A DNA stretch of 59,643 nucleotides, counting the filler, from Pirum gemmata (lineage: Eukaryota), in assembly GCA_002812295.1 (NCBI GenBank). It is 10 parts of 10 records of this genome, joined end to end, with 100 filler letters (N's around TTAATTAATTAA, not from the genome) between each part and the next. Parts side by side here need not be neighbours in the genome. Positions count along the whole stretch, not along the records: positions 1 to 5,974 come from PDIN01000410.1; positions 6,075 to 12,083 come from PDIN01000411.1; positions 12,184 to 17,993 come from PDIN01000412.1; 7 more parts are not named here. The stretch is one strand, 5' to 3'. The first letter of the stretch is position 1, and each line of letters opens with the position of its first letter. This document shows positions 1 through 12,234 of the stretch, piece by piece. The translations under genes were made by a program, and so were the position numbers. A model generated the notes under the pieces. That model did not search any database and had not been told where the DNA came from. It was given only the letters and a program-made list of their open reading frames with translations.

Positions 1-39
1 AACAACAACAACACCAACACCAACACCACCAACAACAGC

Positions 40-82
<43 letters not shown>

Positions 83-120
83 GCAGCAGCAGCAGCAGGA
101 GCAGCAGCAGCAACAACAAT

Positions 121-156
<36 letters not shown>

Positions 157-320
157 AACAACTATTAATACAACAACAACAACAACATCTACAACAACAA
201 CAACAACAACAACAACAGCAGCAGCAACAGCAAAAACAGCAACAACAACAGCAGCAGCAAAAACAGCAAAAACAACAACAAAAACAACAATTACACACAA
301 CAGCAATTACAACAACAACA
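1..320. repeat. (CAA/CAG)n microsatellite
   Basis: Seen directly at the contig start. Confidence 0.95.
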
Positions 321-444
321 ATATTTACAACAAACACTTTTTTTTACTTTTATTTTTTTTTGATTAAAATAATATTGTAAATAGGTAGAGTAAATACTGA
401 GTAAATAGAAAAAAAATATCGATATATTTTTTTTAATACCGCTG

Positions 445-680
445 CCAGATAAAACTGCAGAAATCATTTTTTTTAGACATTTTCTAAAAATCTTTAATGC
501 TAAGTAGCCAAATTATTTTTTAAAAACTATTAATTGGTTCATAATAGTTTTTCTTAGTTAGACAATTTCTCAAAATTTGGTAGTACTTTAATTAAAATTG
601 GATTGTTTTGAGATTTTTTGGATTTTTGAGCTCATATGACGGATGTCTCCATTTTTATCCGGCTTGGTAGTTAAAAAAAA
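445..680 (+). repeat. Dispersed ~230-bp repeat family (CTGCAGAAATC...TTGGTTCATAATAG...GGATTTTGAGCTCAT)
   Basis: Similar copies at ~12742-12985 and ~37960-38145, with a partial copy at ~4595-4680, on different contigs. Confidence 0.8.
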
Positions 681-892
681 AAATTAAAAAAAAAATACCC
701 AAATGAGATTTTAAACCAATCAAATTGAAATTCTGGTAAACACTAATTCACTATCATTTTGTGGAACCTACAAATAGCTTTACGAATCTACGAAAAGAAA
801 ATATTTTTGATTCTAGCTAGACTATCACAAACTACATATCGATAATATTATATGATAATAACACCTGATAATAACACTGGTAATGCTGCTGC

Positions 893-1205
<313 letters not shown>

Positions 1206-1845
1206 CTGTACAATACCAAAAGTGTATTTAATTAATGCATGGCAGTCAAATTACTACAGACAAATAATTGTGTAACAAAAAAGAATTATAACAAAAATCA
1301 TTTTCTGCCAATTTTTGGAATGTTGGACAGGTTGGACAATATTTTCTTGGTGATTCTTTTGGTGTTCCTGTGTCGAAAAAAAGTTGAAAGTATTTTGTAA
1401 ACACTAACCTTAAACACTAACCTTTTAAACACTAACCTTTTAAACACTAACCTTAAACCCTAACCTTAAACCCTAGCCTTAAACCCCTTATATACAGCCA
1501 ACTTAAGCCTTCAATCCAAACACTATATAGCTAGTAACTAATTATACATAACTAACCCTATCCTATCCCTAACAAAGTTTGACGTCCTAGGCTTAACGTC
1601 GGCTCTGTTGTTAAATTTTATTAAATTAATAACCCAATACCCTCTACAATAGCTAGACTAATAACCCTAAGCATAACCTCTAACCAGTCCCTAACTAACA
1701 ACCCATTCCCCAACTCTAACCCTAACTTGTAATAACCCTAATAACACTTCCTGGCTGCACTGAATTAAACAGAAATAATTTATCGATTATCTAGATCAAT
1801 ATATTAATATTAATATTTGTTTTTTATTTTATTTATTATTATTGA

Positions 1846-1881
<36 letters not shown>

Positions 1882-2072
1882 TATCATAATCATTATTATT
1901 ATTACTATTTTAATTATTATTATTATTATTATTAATTATTAATTAATATTAATTGATTTTATTTATTCTGTATAATATATATATCTAACTTTATATATTA
2001 TATATTATAATATATAATATTATATTTTAAATTGAATATAATTATATATAGTATAATTATATATTTATTATA

Positions 2073-2912
2073 TTATTCAGCAATAATTTCTACACTAACA
2101 TTTTCAACCACGTTTTCCGCTACAGTTTCCTGCATTTGTTCCACTCCATCCTCTATTCTATCTTCTATTTCATCTTCCACTTTATCAACCACAGGACCAT
2201 CTTCAATGTGGCTTAAAGATACGTCACGTTCAACATGACTACTACTTGATTTACTTCCTGCTCTTGCCATGCTTTCATCCACAACTTTATTCTTTTTATT
2301 CTTCTTTTTACCATCAGTACAGCAGCTAAGACCGTACAAGACCGTAGTTAGAAAGGCACCAACAATGGCTCCTATGCACACATACATACCCCAATCCATT
2401 TCACAATTACCAAGATTGAAAGAGCTCGAGTTGCGGCCACAAAAGTAGGGGGTCGTAGGATAACGTGTATTATACTTTGATGCAAACAGCAAAATAGCCG
2501 TTAAATACAACACAAAAGAAATAAATGAAGTAAAACAAGCAATTATAGAAAAGGGTAAACTCAAACAACATAAACAAATACAAGACAAGCAGCATGAAAT
2601 CATTCCAAACAAGAGAGCAAACAAGCTCATTAGCCCCCCTACAATCATACAAACATAGCTTGCTGCCCATTCTGACGAAGGCCATTGACTTAAAGACAAA
2701 CCTTCGTTATTACCATAATTATAATAATCTGTAGTAACAAATTGATAATAGAAACGAACAACACCAAAGCGGTTATTATAATAGCGTCCGTCCGCACTCA
2801 TACCACTTGTTGGATTGCGTACCCAAGCGTCGGAAATGAGAGCCGCCAAAGCACATCCTATAACTAAAATAGTAAGAAAATTGGCCAAGTTCGTTGCAAA
2901 TCCTCTGCACAT
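2073..2912 (-). CDS. LHFPL/claudin-superfamily tetraspan membrane protein
   Basis: 279-aa intronless ORF with four hydrophobic helices, a W..GxxR motif after TM1, the LHFPL-like loop CGRNSSSFNLGNCEMDWGMY and an acidic C-terminal tail. Confidence 0.75.
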   Translation of the reverse strand: MCRGFATNLANFLTILVIGCALAALISDAWVRNPTSGMSADGRYYNNRFGVVRFYYQFVTTDYYNYGNNEGLSLSQWPSSEWAASYVCMIVGGLMSLFALLFGMISCCLSCICLCCLSLPFSIIACFTSFISFVLYLTAILLFASKYNTRYPTTPYFCGRNSSSFNLGNCEMDWGMYVCIGAIVGAFLTTVLYGLSCCTDGKKKNKKNKVVDESMARAGSKSSSSHVERDVSLSHIEDGPVVDKVEDEIEDRIEDGVEQMQETVAENVVENVSVEIIAE

Positions 2913-3446
2913 GATTATTTCAATATTTTAATACTAATAAGTCTTGTGTTAGCTTTTATTATAATATATTTTATTATTTTATATTTTTGTCTATTTATTT
3001 ATTTATTTTTTATTAATATTAATATTTATTTTTTAATTTTTATCAAAAATTGATTTTTCGGTTTTTTTGTTTTGTTTTGTTATTATTTTCTTCATTGTTT
3101 TTTCCTCCCTCTTTTATAGTTTTTTATAATTATTTTATGATCGATTTTTTTCATCAACTAGCGAGCTGCCTCGTTAACGTTGTAGCACAAAATTAAGTTA
3201 ATTATTAGTACTAGTTAGTTTCATAGTTAATTAATTAGCTATAGATTTCAATAATAACAAATATTATCAATATTATATTAAAAATACATGTTATTATTGT
3301 GGGGATTGACAGTTATTAAGGATATTTATAATAATTGTAATATTATACTAAACTATACTATATGAAAACTGTATGATAGTTATAATTATCTTTTTCGTTT
3401 TCTTGGGTTTTTGGTTTCTGTATATATAATATTAACTAACTATATA

Positions 3447-3536
3447 TAGTGCTTTTCATTTGTTTTGTCATCATAAAATAAACAATAAATAGTACCAAAT
3501 TAATACAATATGTGACAAAATAAATGAAAAGCACGA
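3447..3536. mobile_element. TA-flanked MITE family B, internally deleted copy
   Basis: TIR T(A/C)GTGCTTTTCA...TGAAAAGCAC(G/T)A. Confidence 0.75.
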
Positions 3537-3793
3537 TTTAATAATATAGTAATAATATATTCAAAAATTATTATAATAGCATCATCTTGTAGTTGGAATC
3601 TAGCTATCGTAGGTTTAATGAAGGCTAAGAATCTTGACTTCGTTGACAAGAATCATGTCATACTATTTTTTCAAAAAAGCTTCAACTCGAACATTGGTAA
3701 ATACAAAAATTTCAAACCTTTTTTGGGGGGGCGGGGCCGTTCAAACAGTACACAACGTAGATTTGGTGTATTTTTAGTCTTTTTCTAAAGTTT

Positions 3794-3937
3794 GGGAGAG
3801 TTCAAATACTACATAACGCAAATTTCCGGTGAAGTACAGCTTCGAATACCCTACCTACCTACCCCTTGACGTTTATTTCCGGTCAAATATCGCCTACCTA
3901 CCTACCTCTTGACGTGACGTATTATTTGAACGCTCCC
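3794..3937 (-). mobile_element. PIF/Harbinger-like MITE family A (~145 bp)
   Basis: TIR GGGAG(C/A)GTTCAAATA...TATTTGAACGCTCCC, TTT TSD, internal GGTAGGTAGG motifs. Confidence 0.85.
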
Positions 3938-4420
3938 TTTTTGCATTTTCTTCTTTTGAATGACGTACTTTGTGAACATTTCCTTTTTTCAGTCAGTTGA
4001 TCTGAATCATCTCATTTCAGATCCTTGACTGATTGAGATGACCCCCAAAAGAGTCCCAAAAGACTCCCGAAGCAGCCCCAAAAAGTCCAAAACTATAAAA
4101 AAAAATCAACCCAGTTTAAAATCTGCTGAACTAAAGTTTAGAATCTCCGAGCCTAGCAAAACCAAGAAAAAATAATTGTACGATTTTTTTCAACCAAGAA
4201 AAAAGAGCTTCACTTAGAAACAACCATTTATTTTCATTATCATGACCATGTACGATAATAATTTTTCAGGTTCACCACTTTTGTAAATAAAAATTTAATT
4301 AAAAAATAAATAAAATTATTAGTCTATATTATTCATTATTCTATGATTATTTAAAAAAATAAATATGAATGTATCCTCTTCTCTATACGTTGTTCTGCTA
4401 ATAAGCTCTCTGGACTCGGT

Positions 4421-4519
4421 CAGGGTTAGGGTTAGGGTTAGGGTTAGGGTTAGGGTTAGGGTTAGGGTTTAGGGTTTAGGGTTTAGGGTTAGGGTTAGGG
4501 TTAGGGTTAGGGTTAGGGT
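4421..4519 (+). repeat. Interstitial (TTAGGG)n array with TTTAGGG variants
   Basis: Flanked by unique DNA on both sides. Confidence 0.95.
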
Positions 4520-4735
4520 CAGTCTAGTCTATGGATACGCAATTATTGCATAATTATCAATTTGTACGTTTTGAAAAGAATTTAAAAATACATAATTTTG
4601 GTAGTACTTTCATTAACATTGGATCATTTTGAGTTTTTTTTTTGGATTTTTGAGCTCATGTATGACGGATGCCTCCATTTCTACTACTTCTACTACTTCA
4701 GGTCATTTCTATATTACTAATTTTTTTTAATATAA

Positions 4736-4867
4736 GGGAACGCAACGCCAATTTCCAATCAAATACAGCTTCAAATACCCCTACCTACCTACCCCTTGGC
4801 CTTAATTTCCGGTCAAATACCACCTACCTACCTATCCCTTGACGCGACGTATTATTTAAACGCTCCC
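4736..4867 (-). mobile_element. Harbinger-like MITE family A
   Basis: GGGA...CGCTCCC ends with TAA TSD. Confidence 0.85.
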
Positions 4868-5135
4868 TAAGATTTACTTTTGGGATCCAGTGCTTTTTCT
4901 AGGTGATGTGGTTGGTAATATTCTGATTCCCTTTGCAAAAAAAACTCCTAACAGTTTTTTATTGGTTAATAACAAAGGGCTAAGCCTCAAATACACCATT
5001 CACCATTCACTATACTATCGAGTCAGTTCACAGATCGATCACAATAGTTGCATGTTCGAAAATATACAACTTCGAGTTTTTTGATATCGAACAATATCGA
5101 ACATTTTTTAACAATGTCATTAAATTTTTTGAACA

Positions 5136-5319
5136 TTGTGCTTTTCATTTATTTTGTCACTCCGAATATTTATTTGGCTGTTTATAATTTTTAATTGGCA
5201 TTGTTAACTGAATAAATGGATAATAAAATATACCAAATTAAATGAAATGGATTTATATTATATTAATTTGGTGCTATTTATTGTATATTTTATGATGACA
5301 AAACAACTGAAAAGCACTA
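5136..5319. mobile_element. MITE family B (~185 bp)
   Basis: GTGCTTTTCA...TGAAAAGCAC TIR and conserved interior. Confidence 0.85.
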
Positions 5320-5609
5320 TAATATTATTTATAAATATTTTTAATTTTCGAATTTGCAGTTCGAATTTTTTTTGCTTTATCATAATATCTTTGACTAAGA
5401 TATCTTTGATTTTTTGAAGTTTGAACTTTGAACTTTGAACCTGAGAAGTTTGAACAAAATAACCTAAAAGAAGAACTTTCGTAGCTTTTTTTAGTATAAA
5501 GTTTGGTTTTTTTATTAGATTCACAAATATGAGTCTATCATTATTATTATTTATGATACGATAGACTATGATATAAATTTTATAATTATTTATAAAAATA
5601 TTATTATTA

Positions 5610-5794
5610 TCGTGCATTTCATTTATTTTGTCACTCCGAATATTTATTTGGAGGGTTATAATCTATAAATTGACAATTTTAAATTAATATACAGATAACA
5701 AAATATACCAAATTAGATTAAGTGAATTTAAATTATATTAATTTGGTACTATTTATTGTATACTTTATAATGACAAAACAACTGAAAAGCACTA
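5610..5794. mobile_element. MITE family B
   Basis: TA|TCGTGC...GCACTA|TA. Confidence 0.85.
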
Positions 5795-5884
5795 TACATT
5801 ATATATGTATGATACTCTCATAACTATTCTATAACTAGTCTATATATGCATATGATAGAGGATTATAAATAATCTTGCTGCCAC

Positions 5885-5974
5885 CCTAACCCTAACACCC
5901 CTAACCAAGGCCCTAACCCTAACACCCCTAACCCTAACACCCCTAACCTAACCCTAACCCTAACCCTAACCCTA
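5885..5974 (-). repeat. (CCCTAA)n array at contig end
   Basis: Seen directly. Confidence 0.9.
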
Positions 5975-6074
5975 NNNNNNNNNNNNNNNNNNNNNNNNNN
6001 NNNNNNNNNNNNNNNNNNTTAATTAATTAANNNNNNNNNNNNNNNNNNNNNNNNNNNNNNNNNNNNNNNNNNNN
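5975..6074. other. Artificial contig spacer (N44-TTAATTAATTAA-N44)
   Basis: The same 100-bp spacer, with stops in all six frames, also lies at 12084-12183, 17994-18093, 23937-24036, 29869-29968, 35827-35926, 41756-41855, 47755-47854 and 53693-53792. Confidence 0.98.
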
Positions 6075-7134
6075 ATAATAAATAATAAATGATAAATAAT
6101 AAATAATAAATAATAATTAAAATATAAATATAATAACGTAACAGTAATATTTGCTAATATTAATTAATAGAGAACAAAACAAGATATACGCATAATTATA
6201 TGAACTAGTACAACAACAAAAAATAGTATTATTAATTAACAATAAAAAAAATTTAAAACTAGTGATAATTATATAATAATAATAAAAGTAATTAGTACAA
6301 ATTAGTATTAAAGTATACGTAGTCTCGTAAGTCCTGCTATTGCGGAACCTGTATTAATATAATATAATTATAATATATTAATATGTATATATTAATAATA
6401 TAATTAAATATAATCACTAATTTTATTTAGGATTAATTAACATACGCGTTATATAGTTATAATATTAATTAGCTATAGGGTTAGGGCTTAGGAGTGTTTA
6501 GGGTTAGAGTTAAAGTTAAAGTTATAAATAAGGGTTAGAGTAAAGTTTTATAAATTAGGTTTAGAAGGGTTAACGTTGAGAGAGGAGAGGAGGCTGGAGT
6601 TAAGGCTGATAATAAGAGTTGGGGCTAGGATTGATTAGAAGAGTAAGGGTTGGGGTGGTCGTTGGGGTGATTGTTGTTGGGAGTATTAAGAAATGATTAA
6701 TTTTCATGACATTAATTGTATTATAAATCAAAATTAATATATACCATAATAATATCATTAATTAAAATATGACTTTTAATAGAGTGCTTTATAAATATGA
6801 ATTAGTATTAGATAAATAGACTTAATTTTGGGGCTTGAGGGTTATTAGGGTGTGTACTGTGTAGGTGTGTGTACTATGTAGTGTGTGTACCATAGTCATT
6901 GTTATTTTTTGGGGAAAAAAATGTCTTGCTTTTGTGCGGATCAAATTTCCTGGGGTCTTTGATCAATCGTAACTACGTATTAATACTGTATTAAAAAATC
7001 ATATCAATATTAATACATAGTTTTATTCATTGATATACTAATTATTATAAGTCTAGCTAGTCTACCAAGGTTTTATGAATAGAGTTTCTGATCTAGCTAG
7101 TATTAGTAGACTCTACCTTTTAGTTGTATTTATT

Positions 7135-7432
7135 TTAGGGTTAGGGTTAGGGTTAGGGTTAGGGTTAGGGTTAGGGTTAGGGTTAGGGTTAGGGTTAGGG
7201 TTAGGGTTNNNNNNNNNNNNNNNNNNNNNNNNNNNNNNNNNNNNNNNNNNNNNNNNNNNNNNNNNNNNNNNNNNNNNNNNNNNNNNNNNNNNNNNNNNNN
7301 NNNNNNNNNNNNNNNNNNNNNNNNNNNNGGTTAGGGTTAGGGTTAGGGTTAGGGTTAGGGTTAGGGTTAGGGTTAGGGTTAGGGTTAGGGTTAGGGTTAG
7401 TGTTAGGGTTAGGGTTAGGGTTAGGAGGGTTA
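7135..7432 (+). repeat. Interstitial (TTAGGG)n array spanning a gap
   Basis: Seen directly. Confidence 0.95.
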
Positions 7433-7461
7433 GAGTTTTATATATCCGATACATAATATAA

Positions 7462-7662
7462 TAGTGCTTTTCAGTTATTTTATCATAATAAAACATACAA
7501 TAAAAAGTACCAGAATAATACAATATAAATTTATTCAAGTTAATTTGGTGTGTTTTATTATAATATATATATATTCATTTAAACATGCATATATTATGTC
7601 AATTTAAATATTATGACTCACCAAATAAATATTCAGACTGACAAAATAAATGAAAAGCACAA
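7462..7662. mobile_element. MITE family B between two TTAGGG arrays
   Basis: TIRs and interior match the other copies, in reverse orientation. Confidence 0.8.
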
Positions 7663-7693
7663 TGTCATGTACAATATATTAATATATATACTA

Positions 7694-7855
7694 TAGGGTT
7701 AGGGTTAGGGTTAGGGTTAGGGTTAGGGTTAGGGTTAGGGTTAGGGTTAGGGTTTAGAGGGTTAGGGTTAAGGTTAGGGTTAGGGTTAGGGTTAGGGTTA
7801 GGGTTAGGGTTAGGGTTAGGGTTAGGGTTAGGGTTAGGGTTAGGGTTAGGGTTAG
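7694..7855 (+). repeat. Interstitial (TTAGGG)n array
   Basis: Seen directly. Confidence 0.95.
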
Positions 7856-8170
7856 ATATATAATTATATGATATTATATTGTGCTTGTGTACCACTTTGC
7901 GTACTAACTTTTATGCTAATGAAATATCATAATAATATGATAATATATTATATATATCATAATTATATTATAATAATATTTTTTTATCTTTCTTATATCT
8001 TTTTTCAGTCTTTTTTCAAAGAACCTTGCGTTTTTTATCTTTTTTTATCTTTTTTTTTTCTGATGTCAGGCTTTTTTCAGTAATTTTTTTTCAAATTTGT
8101 GGACTTGTTTGTAGTCTGATAGAGAGCTGTGATAGAGAGAGACTATCGATATCATAATTATCATAGCTAA

Positions 8171-8410
8171 GGGAGCATTCAAATAGGCTCAAAAAGCCGC
8201 TCAAATACTATCATACGTAACGCCAATTTCTGGTTAAATATACAGCTTCAAATACCCCTACCCACCTACCCCTCAACGTTAATTGCATACGTCACGTCAA
8301 GAGGTAGGTAGGTAGGTAGGTGGTATTTGACCGGAAATTAATCGAGGGGTAGGTAGGTAGGGGTATTTGAAGCTGTATTTAACCGGAAATTGGCGTTACG
8401 TAACGCTCCC
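8171..8410. mobile_element. Harbinger-like MITE family A, rearranged fold-back copy
   Basis: TAA|GGGAGC...GCTCCC|TAA, made of two partial copies in opposite orientation. Confidence 0.8.
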
Positions 8411-8678
8411 TAATTTATAATAATATTATATAGACTATATATGATTATTCGCTCGCTCAAACATCTGCTCGGATATTGAACACAAATTCTTTCTACTCAA
8501 ATCATGAGCAAAACCAATCATCAGAAATTATTACCTGCAATAAGTATAATAATATTATCATGATGATTATTGGAGTAATGGATGGTAAGCGAATTAAAAG
8601 GTAGGTATTAATAATTTAATTAATAATAAACAATTATTTATAAACATCATAATAATCATTATCTGTAATAAGTATATA

Positions 8679-8864
8679 TAGTGCTTTTCAGTTTTTTTTG
8701 TCATCGTAAAATATACAATAAATGATACCAAATTAATACAATATAAATCCTTTTAATTTAATTTGGTTTATTTTATTATTTATTTATTTATTTAAAAGTA
8801 TCAATTTAAATATTATAACCAACCAAATAAATATTTGGAGTGAAAAAATAAATGAAAGGCACGA
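8679..8864. mobile_element. MITE family B
   Basis: TA|TAGTGC...GCACGA|TA. Confidence 0.85.
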
Positions 8865-8998
8865 TATCATGATGATTATTGTAGTATTAATAATAGTAAA
8901 CAAATAAAGGTAGGTAATCAATATAGCTGGTGATCTTATATTATAATAAACAATATTATTAATTAAAATAATTATTTAATAAATAATTTATAAACATA

Positions 8999-9150
8999 GG
9001 AAGCTTTCAAATAATACATCACGTCAAGGGGTAGGTATTATAGGTAGGTGTTATTTGACTGGGGTAATAACGCTGAGGGGTAGGTAGGTAGGGGTATTTG
9101 AAGCTGTATTTGACTGAGAAATTGGTGTTACGTAGTATTTAAACGCTCCC
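8999..9150 (+). mobile_element. Harbinger-like MITE family A
   Basis: Degenerate TIRs with ATA TSD. Confidence 0.8.
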
Positions 9151-9195
9151 ATATCGTAGTCTATCTATACTATTATCGTTCGGGGTATGACTACA

Positions 9196-9390
9196 TCGTG
9201 CTTTTCAATTGTTTTGTCATCATAAAATATACAAAAAAAGAGTACCAAATATTTAATACAATATAAATCCATTTCGTTTAATTTGCAATTGGTATATTTT
9301 ATTATCTATTTATTCATTTGAAAAAAGTCAATTTAAATATCATAACCAACCAAATAAATATTTGGAGTTACAAAATAAATGAAAAGCACA
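9196..9390. mobile_element. MITE family B
   Basis: TIRs and interior match the family. Confidence 0.8.
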
Positions 9391-9584
9391 TGCACAATAA
9401 AAAAATAATTTAAAATCGTTGTGGGCTACATTGAGTCACAGTGAACCACACTTTTGTTACATACCTCCTGGTATAAAAAAATTTAATATGAACGTTCAGA
9501 TATAGACCAGCGTTTACTTAGTTTTACCGTGGCCCTCTCCTACCCTCGCAACCTAAGTTAATAAAGAATAAAAAAAACAAAAGA

Positions 9585-9732
9585 GGATTATTTGATCGTC
9601 ATTTTTATTATTATTATTTATATTATGGATTATTTGATCGTCCTTTTTATTATTATTATTTATATTATGGATTATTTGATCGTCATTTTTATCATTATTA
9701 TTTATATTATGGATTATTTGATCGTCATTTTT
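9585..9732. repeat. 42-bp tandem repeat, ~3.5 copies (GGATTATTTGATCGTC...)
   Basis: Units start at 9585, 9627, 9669 and 9711. Confidence 0.9.
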
Positions 9733-9984
9733 TACTGTGGTACACTCTCACCTGACACTCATTTCCCAGTCATTTCCTGTAGGAAAAAAAAAAAAAAAAA
9801 AGGAAAAAATAGCTGAAAAAATCCTGCATTTTTTCAGCGATTCAACTTTCAGAAATGATTTTTTTTATTATTATCATAGTATTTATTAGTATTTATTAGT
9901 AGGATAATAATATTATATGCATTAAATAAACTTTAATCAGCTGTCAGTAGTACAACCAATACTTGTAAAAAATATTTATTGAGT

Positions 9985-10390
9985 TTCATTAACTCATCAG
10001 TCACATTAATCTTAAATAATTCTCTTTGTTGTCCAACACCTATTTGTAATGAGCTTTTTCTTTTCTTAGTTTTATGTATATACGTCCATTAATCCCTTCA
10101 CTACCACTGTGTTCTTCATCATCTATGTCATCATTATCATCTTGATTAACATCTAATTTTGAAATCGATAATGTGATCAATTTCTCTTACAAAGCGCTCG
10201 CCACGAAGAAAGTCGAGTTCATGTAAAGATGTTTTTAAACTAGCTGCTTCTCCAGCGGTTTGACTCCACTTTTGTAAAAGACTGGTGCAGGTAGCGCTAG
10301 TGAACATCTTAAAATGTAATATATATATAAATGAGTACACCTTCCGTCAACACGATTTCCACATTCACACCATACACGAATCCATGCTTT
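9985..10390 (-). pseudogene. Relic of the ISL2EU second ORF (SWIM zinc finger of the YqaJ-type protein)
   Basis: Manual translation gives WCECGNRVDGRCTHL (CxC..CxH SWIM), then a frameshift to ATCTSLLQKW. It is divergent from the transposase relic. Confidence 0.6.
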
Positions 10391-10427
10391 GTCTAGTTCT
10401 ATCCAAATAGGTTTTATTTTTATTTTT

Positions 10428-10484
<57 letters not shown>

Positions 10485-10597
10485 ATTGTTATTGTTGTTG
10501 TTGTTGTTGACTTGAAAAGAGTGAAACTTACATTTCAACAATAAAATGTAAGCTAAAGAAAAAAGAGGAAGAGCTAGCTCAATGTGTTAGTAAAACA

Positions 10598-10720
10598 GAA
10601 CGATCTGGCTGCATGTGAGAACGAACTGGCTGCATGTGAGAACGAACTGGCTGCATGTGAGAACGAGCTGGCTGCATGTGTACAGGATGTGAGAACGAGC
10701 TGGCTGCATGTGTACAGGAC
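10598..10720 (+). repeat. 21-bp tandem repeat encoding the heptad ENELAAC
   Basis: GAGAACGAACTGGCTGCATGT, about 5 copies, upstream of the transposase relic. Confidence 0.85.
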
Positions 10721-11177
10721 AAAAGGATATTAGAGGATATGTTAGTAGTGTAAGCACAGTGATGAAAGAGATTTGCTTGAAAAATTAGAAAATAAAAAGG
10801 AAGAATTAGAAGTGTCAAATTGTTTACTTTCACAACACCAATATGTCATACAAATCTTACAAAGCGAAAAAAACAAAGCGTTTGAACTACTAAAGACAAG
10901 GCATGCAGGCGAAGTGATTTAGAACTGAATTTCAAAAAACAAGAAGAAAATAAGAAACAAAAAGAAGACAATCAGAAATATAAATCTGATATTGAAGATT
11001 TAAAAAAAGAAAAAAATGATTAGTGCACACATGCACTTATCCAAGACGTTGCCAAAGACGTTGCCAACGCAGACAAAGCAGAAAGAGAAAAGTTCTTGGA
11101 TGATTTACTGAGAGAGGGACAAGCGATCACTAAACTAAATTTGAAAGAAATGCGAAATAATGAAACATTATTATACT

Positions 11178-12003
11178 CAAATATTACACAGGCTTTCCTT
11201 CTAAAGAAAGGTTTGACAATCTCTTGGAACTACTTGGAAAGGCAGGTTTAAAAAAGCAATGACACACCGAAAAAAAACAAAGAAAGAAACTAGATTATGA
11301 AGACGGCATGTTATTGACATTCATAAAATTGAGCAAATTTTTTATTTTTACCACTTAGCTTACCTATTCAATATCTCAAGGCAAACGGCATCAAAATATT
11401 TTCAAATGGGCTTATTAATACTAATGATGTATTCATTTAGCATGCATAAAGACATCAATATGGCGAATAAGCTAAACAAGGAATTGATAGAAGAAAACAT
11501 GTTCCCTTGCTTCAAGAATCACCCTATATACAAATACACGGCCAGGCACCACACATCACACCGCAAAAGTTTTAGTTTTCATGGCTCCCACCAAACATGT
11601 AATGTATGCTACACCTCCATGTGGTGGTAGAATATCAGACAATGGCCTCACAGCTGAATACGCTTGGATATTTGAAACACTGTGGCCTGGGGCTCGTGTC
11701 ATGGCTGACAAGGGGTTTGCAAATGGCGCTAACCTTGGTTTAGAGGACAAAGTTGATTTACCTGCTTTTCTAAAAAAAGATCAACAGTTTTCTGAAAAGG
11801 AAAAGCTAGTGACAAAAGAAGTAGCACTAACAAGGATACGTGTAGAAAGAGTAATTCGAAAAGCAAAGATATTTAAAATCTTGACTAATGAAGTGCCAAT
11901 ACCAATGTTGATGTATTATGATATGGTTGTTCAAGTTTGTTTCGGGTTAACGAATTATATGAACAGACTTGCAATTAACGGAATAAGTGATTTATTTACT
12001 TAA
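11178..12003 (+). pseudogene. ISL2EU/PIF-Harbinger-group DDE transposase (HTH_Tnp_4 + DDE_Tnp_4), frameshifted
   Basis: KYYTGFPS, LLTFIKL, HLAYLFNISRQTASKYF (HTH), HHTAKVLV..GGRISD, VMADKGF and RIRVERVI lie in different frames. The first catalytic Asp segment appears deleted. Confidence 0.88.
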
Positions 12004-12183
12004 TTAAACATCATAATGTGACATTAGTTCACTTCAATAAATAACGTTTCCATAATAAAAACAACAATAATAATAATAATAATNNNNNNNNNNNNNNNNN
12101 NNNNNNNNNNNNNNNNNNNNNNNNNNNTTAATTAATTAANNNNNNNNNNNNNNNNNNNNNNNNNNNNNNNNNNNNNNNNNNNN

Positions 12184-12216
<33 letters not shown>

Positions 12217-12234
12217 CCCGTTTTCCTTTATAAA

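Noticed and set aside
5258..5617. 119-aa minus-strand ORF
   Set aside because: Both ends lie in MITE copies, the composition is low-complexity and there is no recognisable motif.
6019..6030. Recurrent TTAATTAATTAA motif as a biological site
   Set aside because: It is an artificial linker centred in N runs.
9585..10720. Short regular repeats considered as a CRISPR array (with the Cas4-like nuclease elsewhere in the window)
   Set aside because: They are head-to-tail tandem repeats with no unique spacers, there is no cas operon, and the nuclease is on a different contig.
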